A stretch of 64,000 nt of DNA, from NCBI GenBank assembly GCA_963702895.1, contig OY969767.1, forward strand, positions 1,760,001 to 1,824,000, given 5' to 3'. The translations under genes and the position numbers were made by a program. The notes beneath the pieces were generated by a model, which saw nothing but the letters and a program-made list of their open reading frames with translations, made no database searches and was not told where the DNA came from. Source of the DNA: an uncultured Elusimicrobia bacterium. Its GTDB lineage: Bacteria > Elusimicrobiota > Elusimicrobia > 2-01-FULL-59-12. This document shows, piece by piece, positions 1 through 9,865 of the stretch; within the stretch, counting starts at the first letter, position 1; each line of letters starts with the position of its first letter.

Positions 1-828
1 TACTACACCTTTGTCTGGACGATGGCTCTTGCCATGCAGGCCTGCGCGAAATACGGGAAGAAATTCATCGTCCTGGACCGCCCGAATCCCATCAACGGTG
101 TGACGATGGAAGGTCCGGTGTTGGATCCTCGTTTTGCTTCCTTCGTAGGCCTTTACCCGATCCCCGTCCGCCACGGCATGACGATCGGAGAGATCGCCCT
201 GTGGATCAACGAGGGGCTTGGCGTTGGCGCCGATCTTCAAGTGGTCCCAATGAAGGGATGGAAACGATCGATGTATTTCGAAGAAACCGGACTCCCCTGG
301 GTCCCGCCTTCGCCCAACATGCCAACGGTCGATACCGCCGTGGTCTACCCGGGAGCCTGCCTGATCGAAGGAACGCCTCTTTCAGAAGGCCGCGGGACCA
401 CACGCCCTTTCGAGATCCTGGGCGCTCCTTATATTGATCCTGACTTGCTGCACTTGGCCCTTCAGTCCATGAATATCGCGGGTGTCCTGTTTCGTGCCTG
501 CCGTTTTGAACCCACCTTTCACAAATTCTGGGGAGAGTCCTGTGGAGGGATCCAGATCCACGTACTCAATCGAAGGACGTTTAAGCCTTTTCTTGTCGCA
601 CTCCAAATTATTCAAACGGTGAGAGAACTCTACCCAACGCACTTTCTTTGGCGAGACCCCCCCTATGAATACGAGACCGAAAAACTGCCTTTTGACATAC
701 TCTGTGGTACCGATCACGTGCGTCAAGCGATCGAGACCGGGCGTGCGGTCACGACCCTCGAAAGCCGTTGGCAGGACGCGTGCTCCGGCTTTGCTCGAGA
801 GCGTCAACCCTTTCTCCTGTATAATTGA
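1..828 (+). CDS. namZ: Exo-beta-N-acetylmuramidase NamZ family (DUF1343), 5'-truncated by window edge
   Basis: Open frame from base 1 (YYTFVWTM...). Motifs LDRPNP, RHGMTIGE, WVPPSPNMPT, SEGRGTTRPFE. Confidence 0.9.
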   Translation, partial: YYTFVWTMALAMQACAKYGKKFIVLDRPNPINGVTMEGPVLDPRFASFVGLYPIPVRHGMTIGEIALWINEGLGVGADLQVVPMKGWKRSMYFEETGLPWVPPSPNMPTVDTAVVYPGACLIEGTPLSEGRGTTRPFEILGAPYIDPDLLHLALQSMNIAGVLFRACRFEPTFHKFWGESCGGIQIHVLNRRTFKPFLVALQIIQTVRELYPTHFLWRDPPYEYETEKLPFDILCGTDHVRQAIETGRAVTTLESRWQDACSGFARERQPFLLYN

Positions 829-847
829 CCGCAAAAATATATTTGCG

Positions 848-930
848 GTCATCCCGGCGGATTGTTAGCCGGGATCCATCATGCCTTTTACGAAATTGAT
901 GGACCCCGGATAACGGATCTCCGGGGTGAC
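848..930. repeat. REP-like composite palindrome (GTCATCCCGG..CCGGGATCCA ... TGGACCCCGG..CCGGGGTGAC)
   Basis: Two internal hairpins arranged as an inverted pair in the namZ-nagZ spacer. Confidence 0.75.
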
Positions 931-965
931 GACATATAGAAATCTGACTTATCCGATAGGTATTT

Positions 966-2513
966 ATGCAACTTGAAGAATTGATTGGGACTCGCCTTGT
1001 CTTCGGTATTCCAGGGACCCGCATCACGCCCGAGATCGTTCGCCATTTCCAGGATACACACGCGGGCGGCCTGATCCTCTACCGAATCAATTTCGAGTCC
1101 CCAGAACAGACGCGGCGGTTGATTTCAGATTTAGAAAACGCCCTGGGCCGCCGATTGCTCGTTGGCTGCGATCACGAAGGCGGCCGCGTGATCATGTTTC
1201 AAGACGGTGTCACCGTCTTTCCGTCCAACCAAGCCATCGGAATAACGGGTGATCCTCAATGGGCAAGGGTCCAAGGAACACAAGAAGCGCGTGAGCTTCG
1301 CCGTTTGGGCATTGATGTGAATTTCGCGCCCGTATTGGACGTGCTGACGGAGGCTTACAGCCCGAACATTGGCATTCGCTCCTACGGCCAAGACCCGGAC
1401 ATGGTGGCCAAAATGGGAGCCGCCAGGATCTCCGCCATGCAGGTGGAAGGCCTCTCGGCCTGCGCCAAGCATTTTCCCGGTCTAGGGCCAGCGACCCTGG
1501 ACCCCCACTTACACCTTCCCACGATCCACGCGACCTGGGACGATCTTGAGAAAACACATGCCATTCCTTTTGCGCGGGCCATGCGTACGGCCGTTCACGC
1601 CATCATGACGTCGCATCCGCTCTACCCGCAGCTCGATCCCAAGCCCCGTACGCCGGCCACCTTCTCTCGCAAGATCGTGTATGACTATTTGCGCAAGGGC
1701 CAGGGCTATAAAGGGGTCATCTTCTCCGATGATCTGGAGATGGGTGCCATCCGAGAGCTCTGTGACATCGGGGAAGCTGCTGTTCGAACGGTCGAGGCAG
1801 GGCACGACATGGTCCTCTCCTGCCATGACGCGCGAGCTCAGAAGGAGCTCACACACGCCCTTCGAGCGGCCTATCAATCCCATCGATTGTCCAAGAAGGA
1901 GCTGGAAGAAAGCAGCCAAAGGATACAGAGTCTCATGTCCCAGCGATCCGAGCGCTTTGCCAGTCCCCCTTCGACGGAGATCCGCGCCAGGAAAGAACAA
2001 GATGAGGTCCATGGCGCAGTCCGTCAGATCACGGATCTTTCCGTGACGATCCTCCAGCCAGGCGTGATGCCGACACCGTCAGCCCGGACGGTCGTTGTTT
2101 TCCCGCAACTGTCGAAACTCGCGGGCACTATTATGATGGAGCCCGAGGAGCAGGATGAAACCGCCTTTCTGAACCGTCTTTGCGACCAGGTTGGGGTCAG
2201 GTCCTCTTCGACAGCGCTCTATGCGATTGACCTGAAACCCGAAGACGTCGCACCCCTCGTAAGCTCCGTGTCCGGCTTCGAGCAAATCCTCTTGTTCCTC
2301 TTTGACGCCCATCTCTACCCTGCACAAAAAGAGTTGTTGGACGCTTTACAAAAATCTGGGAAGAGAATCACGGTACTTCTCTTAAGAGACGTCTATGACT
2401 TGTCCTTTGTTCAGCAGGGTGTCGCCTGCCTGACCAATTACGGATTCCGAGCCTGTGACATTGCCGCACTTCTTCGTAAATTATTTTCTCCCGCGCCAGT
2501 TCCCACCCCATAA
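966..2513 (+). CDS. nagZ: GH3 beta-N-acetylhexosaminidase
   Basis: DHEGGRV, NFAPVLD, RSYG, KHFPGLGPATLDPH catalytic motif, SDDLEMGA. Confidence 0.93.
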   Translation: MQLEELIGTRLVFGIPGTRITPEIVRHFQDTHAGGLILYRINFESPEQTRRLISDLENALGRRLLVGCDHEGGRVIMFQDGVTVFPSNQAIGITGDPQWARVQGTQEARELRRLGIDVNFAPVLDVLTEAYSPNIGIRSYGQDPDMVAKMGAARISAMQVEGLSACAKHFPGLGPATLDPHLHLPTIHATWDDLEKTHAIPFARAMRTAVHAIMTSHPLYPQLDPKPRTPATFSRKIVYDYLRKGQGYKGVIFSDDLEMGAIRELCDIGEAAVRTVEAGHDMVLSCHDARAQKELTHALRAAYQSHRLSKKELEESSQRIQSLMSQRSERFASPPSTEIRARKEQDEVHGAVRQITDLSVTILQPGVMPTPSARTVVVFPQLSKLAGTIMMEPEEQDETAFLNRLCDQVGVRSSSTALYAIDLKPEDVAPLVSSVSGFEQILLFLFDAHLYPAQKELLDALQKSGKRITVLLLRDVYDLSFVQQGVACLTNYGFRACDIAALLRKLFSPAPVPTP

Positions 2514-3404
2514 ATGAGCAGCACGTCCTGGGTGGTCGGCATTGATCTTGGCGGCACCTGGATACGCCTCTGCGCGCTGAGTCCTCGACGCAAGATTGTT
2601 CTCAAGATCACACGGCCGGCTCCTTCCCTCGAACAGTTGCCCCACTTCCTCAAAAAGGTCCTCGCCCCTTATCGCCAGCGCCTCTTGCACCTCATGATCG
2701 GATCCAAAGGGGTCTGGAAACAAAACAAAAAGAAATGGCTCGCCCGTGCCCTGGAGGGAACGGCCGACCAGGTGAGCGTGATATCAGACGTTGAGGCGAC
2801 CTGGGAAGCCGCCTTTGGCCATTCGGCCAGGCCTATGCGAGGGGTCGTGGTGATTGCAGGCACGGGCTCCATCGCTTATGGTCGCCGGGCGGATGGCACC
2901 TTCGCCCGGGCGGGCGGACGCGGCCCCGGGAAAGGCGATGAAGGCTCAGGGTATTGGATAGGAAAAGAGTGGTTGGCCAGAACAGGCAAGAGGAACAAGA
3001 GAAGAGGGACGACAGACGACCGACGAGGGGCGAGGCGAGCCCTGGGAAGCACATGCGATGACGTTCGGCGTGTGGCGGCACTGGCTCCCGAAATCGTCAA
3101 GAAAGCTAGAAGCAAGCACGCTCTCGCCTCCTTGATCATTCGAGAAGCTCAAGAGCATCTGGTAGACCTCTTCGCCTCCGTGTCGCATCGCCTGCGCCTC
3201 AAGGGGACAGTAAAAGTTGCTCTCCATGGGAGCGTCCTTCAAAACACGTGGTTTCAGAAGGGCTTCCTGCAAATGGCGCGCAGAAGGGGACTTCGGCTCG
3301 AGTTGAAACCTTTAACCTTCGATATCGCTTTCTCTCTTGCGTCATCCTTCTTCTCTCGTCCCTCAAGCCTCATCCCTCGTCCCGCGTCTTGTTCCGAAGT
3401 ATAA
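2514..3404 (+). CDS. BadF/BadG/BcrA/BcrD-type sugar kinase (GlcNAc/MurNAc kinase-like)
   Basis: GIDLGGT, IAGTGSIAYG, GDEGSGYWIG; abuts nagZ. Confidence 0.85.
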   Translation: MSSTSWVVGIDLGGTWIRLCALSPRRKIVLKITRPAPSLEQLPHFLKKVLAPYRQRLLHLMIGSKGVWKQNKKKWLARALEGTADQVSVISDVEATWEAAFGHSARPMRGVVVIAGTGSIAYGRRADGTFARAGGRGPGKGDEGSGYWIGKEWLARTGKRNKRRGTTDDRRGARRALGSTCDDVRRVAALAPEIVKKARSKHALASLIIREAQEHLVDLFASVSHRLRLKGTVKVALHGSVLQNTWFQKGFLQMARRRGLRLELKPLTFDIAFSLASSFFSRPSSLIPRPASCSEV

Positions 3405-3410
3405 TGGGTC

Positions 3411-3953
3411 ATGGTTCTGGCTGAACCAACCGCCGCTTACAGGGGCAAGACCCTTCCGGATTATCTCGCGCCGCATCTCAAACTCCTCATGGTCGGCATC
3501 AACCCCGGGACGTATTCCGCTCACACCGGGCATTATTACGCCAGGCCAGGGAACCTTTTCTGGTGGGCGCTCTCCAACTCCGGGCTTGTCCCGCATGCGA
3601 TGGGACCGGAAAATGATGCGGAGCTTCTCCGCTACGGCATCGGCCTGACGGACATCGTCAAACGCCCCACGAACAGTTCAGGAGATCTCCGGCAAGCCGA
3701 ATTCGATAACGGCGCCCGGTTAACTTCAAAAAAGATTGAGGCCTACCGTCCACGGGTCGTCTGTTTTGTCGGTCTTCTGGGTGCAACCGCTTTTGTGGGG
3801 AGGCACGTCACCATTGGTCCTTTGGCTGAAAGGATAGGAAACACGAAGCTCTACGCGATCCCCTCCACCAGCAGAAGAAACGCGCATTACGGGCAACAGA
3901 CCATCCTCAAGCACTTCCAAGACCTTTCGGCTTACGTCAAGAACGCTTCTTGA
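3411..3953 (+). CDS. mug: Mismatch-specific (G/U) DNA glycosylase, Mug/TDG family
   Basis: LPDYLAP, VGINPG, GHYYARPGNLFW, PSTS motifs. Confidence 0.92.
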   Translation: MVLAEPTAAYRGKTLPDYLAPHLKLLMVGINPGTYSAHTGHYYARPGNLFWWALSNSGLVPHAMGPENDAELLRYGIGLTDIVKRPTNSSGDLRQAEFDNGARLTSKKIEAYRPRVVCFVGLLGATAFVGRHVTIGPLAERIGNTKLYAIPSTSRRNAHYGQQTILKHFQDLSAYVKNAS

Positions 3954-5133
3954 CGAGAAAATACAGCTTCCCCTGATTCCAGAGATGTGACGCAAAGGAC
4001 AGCGCTTCCTCACCGCGTCCCGCAAAGATGTCGACACGGCCAGGACCCTGAATCGCGCCCCCTTCATCCTGATTGAGCACAAAGCGCTGCAGAGGACGCG
4101 GCCCTTCCACAACAATCCAAGCCAAGGCCCCTTTGGGGAAGATTTTAGGGTCTGTCGCAATCGAGCGCCCCGGTGTAAGCGGTACCTGGATATTGCCAAA
4201 CGCGTAAGGGGCAGCCGTGCTCGTATCGAGGCGGAAGAAGATATAGCGCTCATTGACATTTAAGATCTTCTGGCGCTCACGCGGGTGCTCTTGAAGGTAG
4301 CGCCGCAGTGCATCGCGGGAGAACTTATGTTTGGGAATCTTGCCTGTGGAAATGAGATATTGGCCGACGGACCTGAAGCGCTTCCCATTATCACCGTCGT
4401 AACGGATCCGGCGCAGATTTCCACTGCCGAAATCAAGCCATCCCGAACCCTCGATCTGCATGTCCAGCACGTCGAAGGCATCTCTGGCCCAGGCCAACTC
4501 AAGCCCCTTCACCCTTGATTGATGGACGCCCTCCAGCTCCCCCCTCGTGTAATAAGGGACCAGCGCCCTGCCCTTCTGGCGGCCGACGATGCGGGCCCCC
4601 GGGTTGCCGGTGCCAAAAAGCGAAAGGTCCACATCGATGAGATCTGGCGGGCGCGCGTAAAGAGGAAACTTGTACTGCTCATCCGGCGCTGGACGAGCTG
4701 GAATGGTAGGCTCAAAGTAGGACGTAAACGTGACGCTGCGCTGCTCATCGGTGCCAATCGACTGATACACTGCAAACTCTGAGGCAATGCGTGCCGTCCA
4801 GTCTTGTTGATTCGGCGACTGTCTCAAGAAGCTCATCACGTCGTCCATGGAACTCGCGAGATGCTTGACCGTGTAGGTATCGTGACCCAGCACGAAGAGA
4901 TCGTTCGCAGGCAGTGCCTTGTAATAGGTGTAGCTCTGGAGGACGGCACGGGCCAGGGAGGGGGAGTTGAGATCGTCCAGGAATGGCGGGTATTGCGAGG
5001 GGTCCAGGCGTACCAGGGCTTCATAGCGTGACACCCGCGGCTCAGGCGGCAAGGGACGCGGAGGGGCCGTCACGCATCCGTCAAGCAGAAGGAGAAAGGC
5101 CAAAGGCAGCAGCAACACCTGACCCAAAAACAT
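3937..5133 (-). CDS. mltA: Membrane-bound lytic transglycosylase A (lipoprotein)
   Basis: Lipoprotein-type signal, FTSYFEP, QIEGSG, SIATDP, QDEGGAIQGPGRVDIF (3D domain). Confidence 0.9.
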   Translation of the reverse strand: MFLGQVLLLPLAFLLLLDGCVTAPPRPLPPEPRVSRYEALVRLDPSQYPPFLDDLNSPSLARAVLQSYTYYKALPANDLFVLGHDTYTVKHLASSMDDVMSFLRQSPNQQDWTARIASEFAVYQSIGTDEQRSVTFTSYFEPTIPARPAPDEQYKFPLYARPPDLIDVDLSLFGTGNPGARIVGRQKGRALVPYYTRGELEGVHQSRVKGLELAWARDAFDVLDMQIEGSGWLDFGSGNLRRIRYDGDNGKRFRSVGQYLISTGKIPKHKFSRDALRRYLQEHPRERQKILNVNERYIFFRLDTSTAAPYAFGNIQVPLTPGRSIATDPKIFPKGALAWIVVEGPRPLQRFVLNQDEGGAIQGPGRVDIFAGRGEEALSFASHLWNQGKLYFLVKKRS

Positions 5134-5151
5134 GCGTTCAATATAGCTAAT

Positions 5152-5793
5152 TTAAAAGAGAAGGGCGATGTTGCGTGCTGCGACGGAAAGGTAAGAAAAC
5201 ACGGCTGTCAGTTGCTGGGACGAAAGTGTCGAAATACCGGCCTGCGTGTCCGAGCTCATTTCACTGACAAGCTCAATATCAAAGTGGGCACTCTCGGCGC
5301 GCGCGATCACGCCGGCCAAATCCGCCAAAGCCGCCAGTGCGCCCCCACGGAAATTCGTGCTATCACGCTCGAAGACCTCCTGGAGCGAGATGCCCACGCG
5401 GACACGGCTGTCGATCTGGTTCATGAAATAGTATTTGTTCTGCCAAGTCGATTTGTTCACGCCCGTAAGCGCCTTGTTTCGAATGCGCTCGACCGTTTCT
5501 TTCCTGATGCGGTCAATATATCTCTGTGAGGCTTGCGGGTTGTCCTTTCGCTTAATAGCCTGCTCGAAAGCATCGACCGCCTCCGAGTTACGCCCCGCTT
5601 TGTAGAGTTCGAGCCCTTCTGTATAAAAACTGGTGTTCGATTTGGCGGCCTGTGCCCAGTTGAGGGTCAAGGACACCCCCGCCATGATCACCGCCGCCAA
5701 GATCCAGTTCCAGCCTCTGGCTCGTGACGCCTTCGAGACACCAGAAATCCTCAGGGTCGAACGGCTCATCGCGCCCCTCCAATCTTGAGCCAA
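5152..5793 (-). CDS. Exported TPR-containing hypothetical protein (start may be near 5769)
   Basis: Hydrophobic N-terminal segment followed by one TPR-like unit (YTEGLELYKAG..AVDAFEQAIK). Confidence 0.6.
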   Translation of the reverse strand: MAQDWRGAMSRSTLRISGVSKASRARGWNWILAAVIMAGVSLTLNWAQAAKSNTSFYTEGLELYKAGRNSEAVDAFEQAIKRKDNPQASQRYIDRIRKETVERIRNKALTGVNKSTWQNKYYFMNQIDSRVRVGISLQEVFERDSTNFRGGALAALADLAGVIARAESAHFDIELVSEMSSDTQAGISTLSSQQLTAVFSYLSVAARNIALLF

Positions 5794-6776
5794 AAGGAAA
5801 CGATTTCTCCTCGAATACTGGTCGCGACGTGGTCATGCTCGATCATGCCGGGAACGAGTTTCAGATGTTTTTGGAGGGCCTCCACCAAAGCGCTTTTTCT
5901 CTGAGCCGAAAGGTCCTTATCGTCTCCCGAGATGCGCAGATGCATCTTGTTGACACCCGTTTCGCGGACACGTTCGGCAAATTTGGCGAGCATCACTTTT
6001 CCCTCTGCGGAAATGTCAGATCGGTCCTTCTCAAAGAGTCGGACCAAGGAAAATTCGACGGTTTCAGTTTCCTCGGAAGCGTAGATCATCGAAGGCAAAA
6101 TGACGCTATTGCCTGAAATCGAAGTCACCTTGCCATTGAGGTCGACCAGCGTCAGCTGCGCGCTGTAGAGCCGGTCAACCACAGCAAATTTCTTTTCAGA
6201 ATCTCGCCCTTCCCAGATCAGCTCGTCCGGCAAGGCGTTGGTACCACGTTGCCTGAAAATGGTCTGACCTTGCGGGTTAAACACCTCAAAGGTCCACGAT
6301 TGGAGCGCGGGCTCTTTAGGATCGAGCTTCGGCGGGGTCATCCGTAGAAACGGGGGTTCCGCGATCGCCGGGATCCAGGGCACGAAGGGCAAATGGCCTT
6401 TGACTTCAGAGCGACCGTTGAATTCCGCACTCTGGGAAATAGGAAGAGGGTCCAGTAGAATCTTTTGCGACGGATCTTCCGGGAAATCCTGGAGTTTCTC
6501 AAGGTTCATGGTGATCGGAGCGACGATCTTTTTGACCATCAGTCGCCCCTTGAAGGTGCTGCGTATTTGAACTTCCATTTCATCGGGCGTCACGGACGAT
6601 GGCGACGAAGCGGCAGGCTTGGTCGAAGGGGCGGCCCATAGGGCCGAAGAGAGAAGGACGATCAGGGAAGATAAGGGAATATGAAGAAAGAGGAGGGAAA
6701 GGACCCGTCGTCGATCATGCATTTCTCTGATCTTCCCTATTCTTCCCTGCTGTTCCCTGATCTTCCCTGTCCTCAT
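5766..6776 (-). CDS. Exported protein with FlgD-Ig-like (WEGRD) and OmpA-like C-terminal region
   Basis: Signal-like segment; SWTFEVFN..LIWEGRD motif; C-terminal LF..DRSDIS..LSAQR pattern resembling a degenerate OmpA_C. Confidence 0.55.
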   Translation of the reverse strand: MRTGKIREQQGRIGKIREMHDRRRVLSLLFLHIPLSSLIVLLSSALWAAPSTKPAASSPSSVTPDEMEVQIRSTFKGRLMVKKIVAPITMNLEKLQDFPEDPSQKILLDPLPISQSAEFNGRSEVKGHLPFVPWIPAIAEPPFLRMTPPKLDPKEPALQSWTFEVFNPQGQTIFRQRGTNALPDELIWEGRDSEKKFAVVDRLYSAQLTLVDLNGKVTSISGNSVILPSMIYASEETETVEFSLVRLFEKDRSDISAEGKVMLAKFAERVRETGVNKMHLRISGDDKDLSAQRKSALVEALQKHLKLVPGMIEHDHVATSIRGEIVSFWLKIGGAR

Positions 6777-9700
6777 TTGAGCTCCTGGATACGCAGCCGC
6801 GCCTGCTTGGCGACCTCTGGATCAGGAGTTGAGGCGGCCAGGTCCTGATAGAGCGCGCGGAGTTTTGCCGGCGGAGCGCCTTCGCTTTCATAAATCTCAC
6901 TCAATTTAATCAAGGCCGCCAGACGAAATTCGCTCTTTTTGTCCGGCAAAGCGCGAAGTTCCTCGAGGAGGGCTCGGGATTGCGCAGCGCTCTTGCGCTG
7001 ATCCAGGAGCATCGCCGCGCGGTAAAGCGATTCGGGATATTCGGGGGAAGACTTCGCGACTCGGGTATAAGCTCGCTGGGCCTCCGCGTGCTTGCCCTGG
7101 ACTTCCAAGAGGGCGCCCATCTGCAGCCAAACCGCGTTGACCTTGGGATCGTTGGGATATTGCTCAATGACATATTTATAAGCTTGGACCGACTGGTCAA
7201 GCTGGAACGCCTTTTTATGAGCGAGCGCGATATTGAGCCAGGCTTCCTTCGCTAAAGGATGGGTGGGATATTTTGAAAGGAACACCTTAAAATCAGCCAC
7301 CGCCAAGTCAAAGGCCCCTTTGCGGAACAGGCACACCGCCTTCTGGAACATGGCGTTGGGCACGCGTTCATGCTTCGGGAAGGAGAGATAGAAATTCTGA
7401 TAAGCGTTCGCCGCTTCATCCCACTTTTGCATCCAGAAGAAGCAGTCGGCGTTGTAGAAGTAGGCGAGCGGCGCGTATTCATCGTTCGGATAAGAAAGCA
7501 TGATTTTCTCAAAAAGCTTCTGGGCCGGCTCGTACTTACTCTCATTAAAGAGTGAAGCCCCACGCTCCCAGAGGAGTGCCGCCCCACCAGCAGAACCAGG
7601 GGCGAGTCGAAGCAGCTGTGCTTGCTGGCTGGCAGGAATCACGACTTTCTTCTGATGGAAGGCGCTCAACAAATTATCGGCGGCTTTCGCGATACGCGCA
7701 TCATCCGGATACTGCTTGGCGAAAGCCAAGAGCTCGTTGGCGGCTGTCTTGAAATCTCCCTGGTTAAAGGCGCATTGGATCAGCTGGAACGCGCCCTCTT
7801 TACCCACTTCGGAACCCGCATAGCTCTTTTTAATCGTCGCAAAGGTGCTCGCCGCTTCGGACCATTGGCCAAGGCCCGCTTGTGTGATGCCGATGCGCAT
7901 GAGCGCCTCCGACACCAGAGGATCGGTGCGATAGGTCTGCACGAGGGTCTTCCATCGTTTGATGGCTTCTTGGTAGAAGTCCTGACGGGTGAGCGCGTCC
8001 CCTTCACGGTAGAGGGCCTCCGCTCGAACCGCTGGCTGTGTGGAGACCGTCACGAGGTGGTTCCAGGTGGAAGCGGCCTTGGCATAATCACGTTGGTTGT
8101 AAAAGACTTTGGCGAGTTCCACCTCAATTTGTTCCGCTAAAGACTTATTACCCAAATCGAGGGCGCGCATCTGGGCTTGGTTGAGCGCAATGATCGCTTC
8201 GGCATCCCGCTTGGGTCCTTGGGCCGAGAGGGTCGCGGCCAAGTTCTCGAGGGCATAGGGGACGAGCGGGCTCTGCGGGGCCTTCAGGATAAATTCCTTA
8301 TAGATTTTCTCAGCGCTCGACAAATCGTTCAATTGAAAATAGGCGTCGGCAATCCAGTAAAGGGTGTTCTGGGTCCATTCATCCACCGCAACGTTACTTC
8401 CAATGGCTTTGGACATGCGCTCATGGACTTCGTTCAGGATGCCCGCCATACGGAAGGGATCGCGGGCGGAGTGCAGGCAAAGGGTCATCAAGTACACCGC
8501 CTTGCCAGTCGCGGAACTCTCGGGGAACTTATTAAGGAGGTCTTGATAGACCTCGAGGGCCCGGTCATACTCCCCCATGCGATAGAGGGACAAACCTTTG
8601 GCGAGATAGGCATAGGCCGTCATAGGCTCTTTGGGATAACGGGTTATAAACTTATCAGCGAGGATTTTGGCTCCGTTGAAATTATTGAGCAACAGATGCG
8701 CCCATAGAATGCGGAACTCGGCGGAGAGGCGCAGCTGATATTCATCCGCCCCGTGGATGCGGGGTGCCAGCCCGCGCGAGAACTCGAGGGCCATCTTTTG
8801 CTCCTGGATGGCTTTTTTCCAGTCTTTTTTGAAGATCGGGATGGAAGCGTAGATATAGGTCCACTGCATCCGAAGCGGGTGCTTAGGGTATTCTTTTAAA
8901 AGTCCTGTGAAAATCTCATCGGCTTCATTGAATTTCTTTTCTTCGAAATAGAGACAGCCCCGGCGGTGCAGCGCCAAGGGCCTCAAGACCGCATCCGCCG
9001 CTGGCCGGGTGACAGGCTTAAAGAATTCGTGGGCTAAAGGCAGATCGTGCGCGGCATAAAAAGCCTCCCCCAAGACCATCCGCATCCGATCGACCCATTC
9101 GGAGTTAGGGCTTTTCTGAAGGATTTGCTGGTATAGCGGCAGGGCGTTCGAGATTTCTTTTTTCTGAATATAGGCAACCGCCTGATAATAGAGAGCCGAG
9201 GGCTCATCGGGATAGCGCTTCACGTAAACCAGGGCTTCATCGGGACGGTCTCGTTCCAGGGCCGCGACCCCGCGCAGTAAATTCACGGCCAGATCATTGG
9301 AATAGGCAGGGTTCGTACGGACCAGTTGGAGCATGGCCTTCTGCAGGGAAGCCCAGTCTCGCTTCACAAGATAACAGCGCGCCTGCAAGAAGAGGGCCTC
9401 TTGGGACACGTAGGGATTGATCTCCTTGGCCTGGTAGGGCGCAAGGGCCTTAAGCGCGTCGTCTGCCTTGCCTTGAAGCAGGAGGATTTCAGCCATACGC
9501 AACCCCGAGATTTGCTGAATAAAGAGCGAGGGCGATGGCTTCTTGGCTTTGAGGAGCTTCTGGAAGGCGCGCCGGCTATCGTCCAAGAGACCCATGGAGA
9601 ACGCTTGCTCGGCTTGAGCGGAAATCAACTGGAAACGAATGGCTTCTTCGGTGGCCTTGTCGGAGAGTTTTTCGATGAGCGCCGCGGTCTCATTCCAATG

Positions 9701-9865
9701 CCCATTGGAAACGGAGACTTTTCCCACAACAGGGAAAGGCCGCGGTGCCTCCGCTAAGGCCGCTATGGACGCAAGCGGTAAGGAGAGGACCCCGGCAAGA
9801 ACAATGCGAAAAAATTTACTTAATAATGATGAGCTTGCCATTCTTCTTACTTTCTGGCGATTCAA
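6773..9865 (-). CDS. Large exported tetratricopeptide-repeat protein (start possibly 9841)
   Basis: Signal peptide, then numerous TPR units ending in YP/FP..A motifs over ~1000 aa. Confidence 0.85.
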   Translation of the reverse strand: MNRQKVRRMASSSLLSKFFRIVLAGVLSLPLASIAALAEAPRPFPVVGKVSVSNGHWNETAALIEKLSDKATEEAIRFQLISAQAEQAFSMGLLDDSRRAFQKLLKAKKPSPSLFIQQISGLRMAEILLLQGKADDALKALAPYQAKEINPYVSQEALFLQARCYLVKRDWASLQKAMLQLVRTNPAYSNDLAVNLLRGVAALERDRPDEALVYVKRYPDEPSALYYQAVAYIQKKEISNALPLYQQILQKSPNSEWVDRMRMVLGEAFYAAHDLPLAHEFFKPVTRPAADAVLRPLALHRRGCLYFEEKKFNEADEIFTGLLKEYPKHPLRMQWTYIYASIPIFKKDWKKAIQEQKMALEFSRGLAPRIHGADEYQLRLSAEFRILWAHLLLNNFNGAKILADKFITRYPKEPMTAYAYLAKGLSLYRMGEYDRALEVYQDLLNKFPESSATGKAVYLMTLCLHSARDPFRMAGILNEVHERMSKAIGSNVAVDEWTQNTLYWIADAYFQLNDLSSAEKIYKEFILKAPQSPLVPYALENLAATLSAQGPKRDAEAIIALNQAQMRALDLGNKSLAEQIEVELAKVFYNQRDYAKAASTWNHLVTVSTQPAVRAEALYREGDALTRQDFYQEAIKRWKTLVQTYRTDPLVSEALMRIGITQAGLGQWSEAASTFATIKKSYAGSEVGKEGAFQLIQCAFNQGDFKTAANELLAFAKQYPDDARIAKAADNLLSAFHQKKVVIPASQQAQLLRLAPGSAGGAALLWERGASLFNESKYEPAQKLFEKIMLSYPNDEYAPLAYFYNADCFFWMQKWDEAANAYQNFYLSFPKHERVPNAMFQKAVCLFRKGAFDLAVADFKVFLSKYPTHPLAKEAWLNIALAHKKAFQLDQSVQAYKYVIEQYPNDPKVNAVWLQMGALLEVQGKHAEAQRAYTRVAKSSPEYPESLYRAAMLLDQRKSAAQSRALLEELRALPDKKSEFRLAALIKLSEIYESEGAPPAKLRALYQDLAASTPDPEVAKQARLRIQELK

